A stretch of 64,000 bases of DNA, taken from Octopus vulgaris (Eukaryota). Both the position numbers and the translations under genes were made by a program. The stretch lies in assembly GCA_951406725.2 (NCBI GenBank), contig OX597840.1, positions 21,328,001-21,392,000 on the forward strand, written 5' to 3'. The notes below the pieces were generated by a model that worked only from the letters and a program-made list of their open reading frames with translations, did not search any database and had not been told where the DNA came from. Within the stretch, counting starts at the first letter, position 1, and every line of letters starts with the position of its first letter. Of the stretch, positions 53,855 through 64,000 are shown piece by piece.

Positions 53855-54982
53855 ATTGGATTTGGTAGATGGAAACTGAAAGAAGCCGGTCGTATCTGTC
53901 ATATACAAATATGTATGTGTGTGTGAGAGAGAGAGTGTGTGTATGCACGTGTGTGTGTGTGTGTTGTGTTTGTCCCCACTACCACTTGATAACTGGTGAG
54001 GGTTTGTTTACATCCTTGTAACATAGGGGTTTGGCAGGGGGGGGGACTGATAGAATAACTATCAGGCTTAAAAAAAAAAAAGCACCAAGGTCGATTCCTC
54101 TGACTAAAAAATTCTTTAAGGTGGAGCCCCAGCATGGCCACAACCTACTGACTGAAACAAGTAAAAGATGAAAGACAAAAGATAAATTGAGGAAGCTTTG
54201 ACTGCTATTTCTAGCCGATCGTACGACCATGTAGCAGCTCCTTTGTCAGCTTGTATTGTGAGCTCCATGGCTTTTCTAAACAGAAGCTGTGCAAAGGATG
54301 GGGGTGGGCAGGAGGCTTATCAATGGCTCCATTGTGTTTGTCACACTTATCAAGGATACGGCTGTTGTTTGAGGTCAGACCTGCATCGACGAAAGATATG
54401 ATAAATGCAAAAACGCCCAGGAGAGAGATTGATCACTGCCAGATAAAATCAATGATAAAGCTACTTTGAACTGCTGGGATCGCTTAAAGTCATTGAATCT
54501 ATATTCCTTCCGATGGAGCCGTAAATGCTTTTTATCAGTTTTGCTCTGAGCAAAAAACCACACCAACTGCTTTTCACTGAGGGTCGGATGTTCTTTAGTT
54601 CGTTTTATTTGACTGCAGCCAAGCTGGAGCACCACTTTTCAGTCGAAGAAGTCGACCCCAGAACTTATTCTTTGTAAGCCTGGTACTTACTCTATCAGTC
54701 ACTTTTGCTGAACCGCTAAGTTACAGGGACATAAATGCACCAACATCGGTAGTCAAGTGTTGGTATGGGGGTGTGGGAACAAACACAGACACAAAGACAC
54801 ACACATATATATATATACAATGGGCTTCTTTCAGTTTCCTTCTACCAAATCCACTCACAAAGCTTTGGTTGGCCCAAGGCAATAGTAGAAGACACTTGCC
54901 CAAGGTGCCACGCAGTGGGACTGAACCCAGAACCATGTGGTTGGGAAGCAAGCTTCTTACCACACAGTCATGCCTGCACCTA
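53855..54982. mobile_element. Tail-to-tail SINE A pair (53855-54170 +, 54600-54982 -)
   Basis: Family A homology. Confidence 0.82.
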
Positions 54983-55035
54983 CATGTGAATCTTTAATGG
55001 AAAGAAGATTTAAAAACACTACATAGAAAGTGGAA

Positions 55036-55380
55036 GTGAATGGCTTAGTAGTTAGGGTGTTGGACTTGTGATTGTAAGATTGTGGTTTCAATTCCTGAAC
55101 CAGGTGACGCATCGTGTTCTTGAGCGAAACACTTCATTTCATGTTGCCCCAGTCCACTCAGCTGGCAAAAGGGAGTGACCCTGTGATGGACTGGCGTCCC
55201 ATTAGTGTTGGCAGCATGAAAAAAAAAAGCATTCAGTACTCAATGTAGAGTGTCTTTGGTAGGAAGGACATCCAACTTTAGAAACCATGCCAAAGCTGAT
55301 GCTAGAGCACAATGCAGTGATCCAGCTTGGCGGAACCTGTCACATTAGCCAACCCAGGCCAGAAAAACAGACATTACATC
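55036..55380 (+). mobile_element. SINE with a family D-like head and V-domain-like motif, joined to a family B variant tail
   Basis: CCCTGTGATGGACTGGCGTCCC resembles the V-SINE central domain (from recall). Confidence 0.6.
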
Positions 55381-55749
55381 ATGATGATGACGATGATGAT
55401 GACGATGATGATGATAATGATGATGATGACGATGACGACAACGATGATGGTGATGATGATGATGATGACTCATCAGTTTAATTGCCCAACTTATGAACTA
55501 AGGTTGGCAATTCTATGTGGTTTTCAACCCATTAGAAATAACAGGTAAATATCCTGCAAATCCTGCTCTAGCATCTTGAAAAAGAAGGTTAAATAATACT
55601 GGATGTTATTTAAAAGCTTAAAAAGAAAATAGAAAAGGATGGAAGGTCATAGCTGGAGAGTCTTTGGCCATAAACCTCATTATAGGCAGACTGTGCTGAT
55701 GGTGGAAGAACAACAACAGTAATCTTAAATCTACCCCCTAAATCTCCAA

Positions 55750-55860
55750 ACGAAAATATATTCCAGACTTCACCTTGACAAATTGCTTGATAAGATTCTG
55801 GAAAGGCTGCCAGTATCTGGATACGTATCTCTAAATAATGGTCTTCCAGGTGGGCACGGC
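55750..55860 (+). pseudogene. Possible degenerate CR1/L2-group ORF2 C-terminus
   Basis: F-RLHLDKLLDKILERLPVSGYVSLNNGL resembles FKxxLDKxLxxxPDxPxxxGY..NSL. Confidence 0.3.
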
Positions 55861-56438
55861 GCCAAAAGACTGGCACCGTTTCATATGTAACTGACAGAAG
55901 CAACTCTAGTAGTTCACTAGTTTGTTGGTATGACTCCAGAGATGTGAAAGGGTGGAATATGAACTCACAACATAAAGGATTAAAACTAATTTCTGTAAGG
56001 CACATAATGTGCCCATCTGTTGTTTCTCCTATGGCCTCACCCAAAATAATGGGACCACCCAAATAATGGGATCACCCAAATAACAGCAGCACCATTTAAT
56101 GCCGTAAGACATACCGTATGGAGTGAGGTACGCAAGTGTTAAGGCACACTTGTTACGTTTTTGAGTTCAAATTCCACCAAGGTCGACTTTGCCTTTCATC
56201 CTTTCAGGGTCAATAAATAAAGTACCAGTTTCGCACTGAGGTCGATCTAATCGACTTAATACCTTTGTCTGTCTTTATTTGTCCCTTCTATGTTTAGCCC
56301 CTTGTGGGCAGTAAAGAAATCTAAATGTTACATCACACCATTAGCAATTTGAAAGTTTTATAAAAAAAAAAAGATTTAATAACTTTTACTTGCTTCAATG
56401 ATTGAACTGTGGCCATGCTGGAGCACTGCCTAAAAGAG

Positions 56439-56695
56439 TTTAGCCCCAGGAGACATCGTCTCTAGCTGGCTATACGACACAATCTGTGTCCTTATATATT
56501 CGAACAAGAGAATCTAGCACCCCCACTCAGCTCAAAACAATTATTCTCTGCTGATGAAGAGAAATAACCCAGAAATCGCAATACACAGATATTGTTTTGA
56601 GCTGAGGGGAGGGGGGCTAGATTCCCTTGTTTGAAAATGTAAGGGCATAGATCATGTCGTATAGCCAGCTGGAGATGACATCTCTAGGGGCTAAA
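56439..56695. mobile_element. Fold-back palindrome whose spacer is a hammerhead core (56545-56589)
   Basis: ~105-bp inverted arms; tctctg CTGATGA agag aaataa ccca GAAA tcgcaa TA cacaga. Confidence 0.75.
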
Positions 56696-56774
56696 TTACA
56701 GCAACATTCGTCCTAAACCAGGACTGCCATGTTATGCTGGCAAACAATCTTTACTATATGAAGAAACGATTGCA

Positions 56775-56990
56775 TCCAGTGCTCAGGTGCAGCACAACGC
56801 ATCAGAGAAATGTAGCCAAAACTGCATGAACGGTGCACAGGATAATGCACAAGAAATGAACAATGAAGACGTCTTCAAAATAAATGGGGGCTGAGGGGTC
56901 AGGTGTACTGTTGGTGAATGTCAGGAAGTTTTGAAGGATGTTGTGCCTTGACTACAAACGACTGATGCAGGCAGTTTATTGCATCTTGTG
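56775..56990 (-). mobile_element. CR1 3' fragment, diverged relative of 41665-41940
   Basis: CAGTGCTCAGGTGCA.CACAAC..GGAAGTTTTGAAGGATG..ACTGATGC.GGCAGTTT. Confidence 0.7.
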
Positions 56991-58439
56991 TTGTTTTGTG
57001 ATTTCGTAAGCATGCATCCAGCTGTAGAAACACTGCCAGATCAGACTGGAGCCTGGTGCAGCCATCTTCCAGCTTCCAGCCCTGGTTAAACCATCCAACC
57101 CACGTTAACAGGCGTTAAATGATGATGATGATGATGATGATGATGATGCCTGAGACATACAGAATTCAAAATGGTGCCCAAGGTTGTTGTTGTTGTTGTT
57201 GGAAAGGTGACAGGCTTCCACACAATTTCCATTTACCAAATATTCTATCGGTCTCTTTTTCCAGACCAGTAACTTAAGGGGACGTAAACACACCAGCACC
57301 AGTTGTCAAGCAGTGATGGGGGTGGGTGGGACAGAAACACAAAGGCACACACACATAGACATACACATATATCTATAGACACAACCGCAGTTTAATGATG
57401 ATGATGATGATGATGATGATGGTGATATATGATCTTTTATTCTTTTACTTGTTTCAGTTATCTGACTGCGGTCATGCTGGAGCACTGACTTGAAGAGTTT
57501 TAGTCGAACAAATCATCCCCAGGACTTATTATTTTAAAGCCCAGTACATATTCTATCGGTCTCTTTTTCCAGACCAGTAACTTAAGGGGACGTAAACACA
57601 CCAACACCAGTTGTCAAGCAGTGATGAGTGGGTAGGTGGGGGTGAACAGAAACACAAAGACACACACACACACATAGACATACACATATATCTATAGACA
57701 CAACCGCAGTTTAATGATTGAAACGAGTAAAAGATAAATGATGGAAAAAGTCTTTTTTACTCCAGGGCTGCTTCTGTTGTATAATATTTATGAATACGAG
57801 GTTTAATGAAGAGAAAGGTCATCATTAGGAAAATTGAAATCCCCACGATAATCAATTGTGAGAGATTCTGGGGTGGGGAGGGTTATTATCTCAGGCTTTC
57901 CATCTTGAATAGTACACCTGACCTAGAAAAGATCATTCACTTGATTAGAAAACTGAGTCTGAGAAAGAAATGGAAATCATTCCAAAATGATTTCTGTCTC
58001 CACTGAATAACAAAAGACTTCAGAGTTGCTTCCCTTTGAATCGCCCCCCCCACCTCTTGCTCTTCCATATTTGATCTTTTACTTGAGGTAATCATTGGAC
58101 TCAGGTCATCCTGGGGCATCACCCCGAAGGGTTTAGCCAAGCAAATTAACCCCAGTACTTATCTCAAGTCTGGGACTTGTTCTATAGGTCTCTTTTACTA
58201 AACTGTTATGTTGCAGGGATGTAAACAAACCAACAATGGTTTCCAAGCAGCAGTAGGGGGGGGGGGGGGTCAAACACACACATACACACATAGAAGTGAG
58301 TGCTGAAAAGTTCCTGGCTTCAAAGGAATCGCGAAAAGCCTGGCTGGGGGCCCAACCCTCCAAGTTGGAATTCATTGACACAGATTTTCTATAGCTAGGT
58401 GCTCTTCCTGCCATTAACCCTCACCTGGTTCCAAGTAAT

Positions 58440-58800
58440 ATTTCCACTGAGGTCGACTTTGCCTTTCATCCTTTCGGGGTCGATTAAATAAGTACCAGTT
58501 ACGCACTGGGGTCGATACAATCGACTTAATCCGTTTGTCTGTCCTTGTTTGTCCCCTCTGTGTTCAGCCCCTTGTGGACAGTAAAGAAATAATTAATATT
58601 TCCCCCTTGGTGAGCTGACAGCATCATTACCATGCCAGGCGAAATGCTTAGTTGTATGTCACCCATCTTTGCATTCTGAGTTCAAATTTGCTTTTCATCC
58701 TTTCGGGGTAGTTGAAATAAGTACCGGTTACACACTGGGGTCGATGTAAACGACTGGCACCCTACCATCCCCCAAAGTTAAGGCCCTGTGCCTATAGCAG
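58440..58800 (+). mobile_element. Two SINE C copies nested in a family E element
   Basis: Family C homology; family E sequence resumes at 58805. Confidence 0.75.
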
Positions 58801-58965
58801 AGATGAATATTTCTCCCATGGCCAAACAAATTTTCACAGAAGATTAGAAACAATGGACACCGCTTGTATGACAGTGACACTCGTTTACAACATGATACAG
58901 TGTCAGGACAAGAAGATACTACATACACACACACACACACATACACGACAGTATATACTTAGTGA

Positions 58966-59292
58966 GTGAAGACATGTGGCTTAGTGGTTAGGGTAATCAA
59001 CTGACAGTCATAAGGTCATGAGTTCAATTCCCAGCGACACATTGTGTCCTTGAGCAAGACACTTTATTTCACCTCGTTCCAGTCCATTCAGCTGGTGAAA
59101 AGGAGTTGTACCTGAAATTCAAAGGGGCCAGCTTTGTAACATTCTGCTTTGTCTTGCTGGATCTCCCTGAGAACTACTTTAAGGATACACGTGTCTGTGG
59201 GGCACTCAGCCACTTGCATGTTAATTTCCTGTGCAGGCTGTTCTGCCGATCGGATCAACTGGAATCCTTGTCCTCAGAAGCAGCAAAGTGCC
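58966..59292 (+). mobile_element. SINE family D
   Basis: Homologous to 51737-52060. Confidence 0.85.
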
Positions 59293-59955
59293 AGGACCAA
59301 AAAAAAAAATTAAAAAAAAAAAAAACACTTGGCGTAGGTGTAAGAGTTGAAACACCTTTCTTCGTTAAAGGTAAGGTCAATGGTCTGAGACAATTATAAA
59401 CATATTTTTAGATAAACTCATCTGACACAGGTGGAATTATGGGAAACACAGACTCATTCATCTGACTCACATTATGGAATGTGTTAGGTCAGTCGATCTA
59501 AGTTAAATAGAGGGATGGTGTATATTCGTTACACTAATGATATTGTGTTGCAGTCTGGAGGAAACTAATAATTTCGTTGTGGCAGGGGATGCCGGAGGCA
59601 ATGGTGTCAAGGCAAAACAATGAGAAGGCAGCAGAGAGCTGGCAGAAGTGGAAGCACGCGACGCAAACTGTTTAGCAGCATTTCTTCTGGTTCTTTAGGT
59701 ACTGAGTTCAAATCCCACCAAGATCAACTTAGCCTTTTATCACTTGGGAATTGATAAAAAGAAAAAAGTGTACCAGTCAAGTACTGGGGTCAATGTAATC
59801 GACTTGTTCCCTCCCCTCAAAATTATTGGCTGGACGCTACGACAGACCAGTGTTCCATTCAAAGTTATGTTGGGGCCCCAGTTGCTTATGAGCCATGGAA
59901 ACGAGGGAACCAATCTTATGACCCCTAAGGCTCAAGAAAATAAAAAAATCTATAA

Positions 59956-60127
59956 AGGCGTAAGAGTGGCTGTGTGGTAGTAGCTTGCTTATGAACCACA
60001 TGGTTCTGGGTTCAGTCCCACTGCATGGCACCTTGGGCAAGTGTTTTCTACTATAGCCTCAGGACGACCAAAGCCTTGTGAGTGGATTTGGTAGACGGAA
60101 ACTGAAAGAAGCCTGTCATATATATGC

Positions 60128-60175
<48 letters not shown>

Positions 60176-60405
60176 GTATATGTTTGTGTGTCTGTGTTTG
60201 TCCCCCCAACATCGCTTGACAACCGATGCTGGTCTGTTTGCGTCCCCGTAATTTAGCGGTTCGGCAAAAGAGACTGATAGAACAAGTACTAGGCTTACAA
60301 AGAATAAGTCCTGGGATCGAAGTGCTCAACTAAAGGCAGTGCTCCAGCATGGCCACAGTCAAATGACTGAAACAAGTAAAGGAGTAAAGAGTAAAAGAGT
60401 AAAGA
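59956..60405 (+). mobile_element. SINE family A, full length
   Basis: A/B boxes, internal (TA)n and (GAGTAAA)n tail. Confidence 0.92.
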
Positions 60406-60837
60406 AATAATGGTGGGTGCATACATGGACACACATATTGTAGTTGTATAATTAGGTTATGTCAAGTAAATGGATTGGATTGGTTTGGACTGCCCATGTT
60501 CAGACCACTGCAGGACCAAGGCCTCAGCATGTCCTCTCCACCAACCATAGTCTGATGTGGACCCTGTGGATCTGAGTTTGAGATCCTACTGGTTTCATGA
60601 GTTTACTCTGTCTCTTTGACTTGACATATGTTGGATTGAATTGCTTAGGTTCAGTCCACTGCAAGACTAAGAACTCAGCATCTTCTCTCTATTAACCAGA
60701 GTCCGATGTGCAAGGGAATATTTCACCCTGGTCAGAAGATGTTTCTGCGGAATATTGAGAATGAAGGACACGGCTTGGGCATCAGTGACAACCATTTACA
60801 ATTATTATGTAATATCAACAGTAGCCAGTACCGCATC

Positions 60838-61362
60838 AACTGGCCTCCATGCTGGTGGCACATAACAAACACCATCCGATCATGGCCGTGCCAGCCTCGC
60901 CTGGCCTCTGTGCTGGTGGCACATAAAAAACACCATCCGAGTGTGGCCGTTCGCCAGCCTCGTCTGGCACCTGTGTCAGTGGCACATAAAAAGCACCCAC
61001 TACACTCTCGGAGTGGTTGGCGTTAGGAAGAGCATCCAGCTGTAGAAACACTGACAGATCTGACTGGGCCTGATGAAGCCTCCGGGCTTCCCAGACCCCA
61101 GTTGAACCGTCCAACCCATGCTAGCATGGAAAGTGGACGTTAAACGATGATGATGATGATGATGATGATCAACACAAGGAGACATGATCACACACACACA
61201 CGACAGGCTTCTTTCAGTTTCCGTCTACCAAATCCACTCACAGGACTTTGGTCGGCCTGAGGCTATAGTAGAAGACACTTGCCCAAGGTGCCACGCAGTG
61301 GGGCTGAACTGAGAACCATGTGGTTGGAAAGCAAACTTATTACCATACAGCATTGCCCACAC
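60838..61362. mobile_element. Family B (+, 60838-61170) and a SINE A head (-, 61200-61362)
   Basis: Three pseudoknot-type units plus tail. Confidence 0.88.
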
Positions 61363-61515
61363 CTGTCTTATGCAAGGTAAAAAAATACCTGGAACAGGGT
61401 TTGAACTCATAATATATTCACCTGTTGTCTAAACCACGTTTTACAATTATATTGTGATGCTATGTTTTTTCTCACCTCTCTTAAACCAAAGCAAAAAAAT
61501 CTGTCTCTCTTTCAA

Positions 61516-61554
<39 letters not shown>

Positions 61555-62699
61555 CTTTCTCTTTCTCACATCCATCCATTCTGTAAGTTTCAGGGCAGTT
61601 GCCAATGAGAGCACCTCTCACAAATTGGTAAACTGCCCGTTTTGAAACGCTAAACAAATTAAGTCTTTGTGTTTTGGGTTTTTTGCCAATTAAGATCAAT
61701 AAGTTTTCAACAATTATCTTTCAGTCTTGGAGACGATTTTCTTCATTTGCTTGACATGACTGTCATAATTAAACATATTAGCAATACCTAACGATCATTA
61801 AGTCCAACGGCCGTGGAGTCAGGAATGCTCGATTACAAACAGCGTGACGATGAGTTCAAATGGTGCTGTTGCCGTTGTTGTATCGTGACCAGGAGCCTGC
61901 TGGGCAAGGAAAAGAATCATACTCGCTGCAGTAGAACTGTCTGATGAAAAAAAAGCAAAAACAAAAACAAAAAACTGGTTTCTCATCTACTTCATAGTTG
62001 AGTGCTTAGCACTAGGAAGTATATATATAGCTGTGAAAACAATCACTTGAATAACAAGTGAGTACTATGTACTAGTATGAATGAATTAACTGCAAAGTGA
62101 GGGGGAGCGAGGAGGAAGGCAAGCAACCAAGATGTGTGTGTGTGTGTCTGTTTGTAGCCCATTCCCATTTGACAACCAGTGTTGGTTTGTTTATGTCCCC
62201 CTTAGTGGTTTGGCAAAAGATACCAAATGGAATAGGTAGCAAATTTAAGACTACGTAATGAGGTTAGTTCGCCGAACTAAAAAACCCTTCAAGGGCAGTG
62301 CTCCAGCATGGGCTGTGGTCCAATGACACAAACAAGTAAAAGATAAAAGAGACAAACGTAGAAAGCAAAAGAAGTTGGAAGTCCTACAAGATGTGGTGGA
62401 GGTGGCATGGCAGGAGGGCCGGTGGGGTGGGGGTGGGGGAGTTTAACGACTCAGATACAGGAACTGGGTTGGGAAATTCAGAAGTGAAATGAACAAAGAA
62501 CATCAGAAGACACGATTTCTTTGGAAGCTTCTTGAAGGGAAGAAGGAAGCAATCTAAGGATCTCTTTGTCAAATTCTATGGCTTCATTCTTTCAACATCA
62601 TTAATCACCATAAGATTGACCTTGTTAATCATAAAGCTACCATAAACTCTGGCCTTATTAATCACCATAAGACTGGCCTCTTAAAATGGTGATGATGAT

Positions 62700-62885
62700 A
62701 TTAATGGTTTTAAATTTTGGCACAAGGCCAGCAGTTTTTGAGGAGTGGGGAAGTTAATTACAATGACCCCAGTACTTGACTGGGACTTACTTTATCAACC
62801 CCAAAAGGATGAAAGGCAAAGTTGACCTCAACGGAATTTGAACTCAGAACATAAAGATGGACAAAATACTGCTAAGCATTTTGCC
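62700..62885 (-). mobile_element. SINE family C
   Basis: Family C homology. Confidence 0.85.
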
Positions 62886-62923
62886 TGCTCACCACCCTAA
62901 TAATAATAATAATAATAGTAGTA

Positions 62924-62983
<60 letters not shown>

Positions 62984-63026
62984 GTAATAGTAGTAGTAGT
63001 AGTAATGATAATAATAATAATTATAA

Positions 63027-63214
63027 AATCTCGAGAAGTACATGGAACAAATAGGGGCTGCAATAAGGGTGGATCACTTGCAGAAAACAGCACTGCTTCG
63101 AACCGCTCGAATACTCCAGAAGGGGCTCGAAAAATAGTGGGTGTTACCTTAGTTCACTAGTATTGAACAGCTGACATGGTAGTACATTTCCAGCATTAGA
63201 AGCTGTGCAAAGGC
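63027..63214 (+). mobile_element. R4/Dong-clade non-LTR retrotransposon 3' end inserted in (TAA)n
   Basis: NLEKYMEQIGAAIRVDHLQKTALLRTARILQKGLEK* matches the R4/Dong LQKxALLGTARILR terminus; (AAT)n on both sides. Confidence 0.85.
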
Positions 63215-63253
<39 letters not shown>

Positions 63254-63460
63254 CCTTTCTACTAAAGGCACAAGGCTTGAAATTTGAGGGGAGAGGACTA
63301 GTCGATTACATCAACCCTAGTGTTTCACTGGTATTTAATTTATTGACCCCGAAATGATGAAAGGCAAAGTTGACCTCGGTGGAATTTGAACTCAGAACTT
63401 GGCAACGGGTGAAATACCACCAAGCATTTTGCCCAGTGTGCTAATGATTCTGCTAGCTAG
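63254..63460 (-). mobile_element. SINE family C
   Basis: Family C homology. Confidence 0.85.
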
Positions 63461-64000
63461 GTGTCATAATAATAATAAATAATAATATGTATAGAGTGGG
63501 TCTCTTTGCCCTAGGTGTCATGAAGACACCTGACAAAAAATGGAAACAAAACTGCAAGAAAAAAAACTAATGATGATGATGATGATGATGACGATTTTTT
63601 TTTTCACCATAGGGCATTGACTGAAGGGGATATTTCAAGGACAAATAATAATAGTAAGATAACCATGAAGAATACAGAAGGAAAATGAAAGAAGAAAAGA
63701 AACAAGAATAAAGGAGAGAAAGAAATCAATAAGAAAAGGAGAGAGAGAGAGACAGATAGAGGGAGGGGGAGATGAGAGGGAGAGAGAGAGAAAGGAAGGA
63801 AAGAAGGAAAGAAGTAGCAAATGTCGAAATAGGATTAAACATTTTCATTTTGCAACATGGAACTGTGCTAAGTTGTTGTAAGACTGACGAGAATTCTTCA
63901 GACAATGGAGAGGAAAAGATTGGGAAACGAATGGAAGCGGGGGGGGGGGGGGAAAAAGGAAAAACAAAAACAAAACCCAACAAAGAACAACAGACATGGA

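Overview
Repeat-dominated, AT-rich animal genomic DNA. The SINE repertoire and microsatellite load resemble an octopod cephalopod (Octopus-like); this is inferred from recall, not a search. Almost all ORF-track entries are microsatellite or repeat artefacts. One credible host coding exon exists: a minus-strand His/Gln-rich first exon at 34106-33702 ending in AAG|GTAAT, in a CpG-rich promoter-like domain, so much of the left half may be intronic. The rest is tRNA-derived SINEs (families A, C, D, E, F, labelled here), 3' fragments of RTE, CR1 and R4/Dong non-LTR elements, hAT, piggyBac and Merlin-like MITEs with TSDs, and micro/minisatellites. Two structural signals stand out. (1) At least six minimal type I hammerhead ribozyme motifs of the Penelope-like-element kind; four fold-back elements have their inversion point inside or next to the hammerhead, and three motifs share an unusual A.A opposition at the base of stem II. 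(2) Tandem ~65-nt units in an RTE LINE 3' UTR and its dispersed truncated copies each carry a predicted H-type pseudoknot, supported by compensatory change and a register shift. All coordinates were counted by hand and repeat boundaries are approximate.
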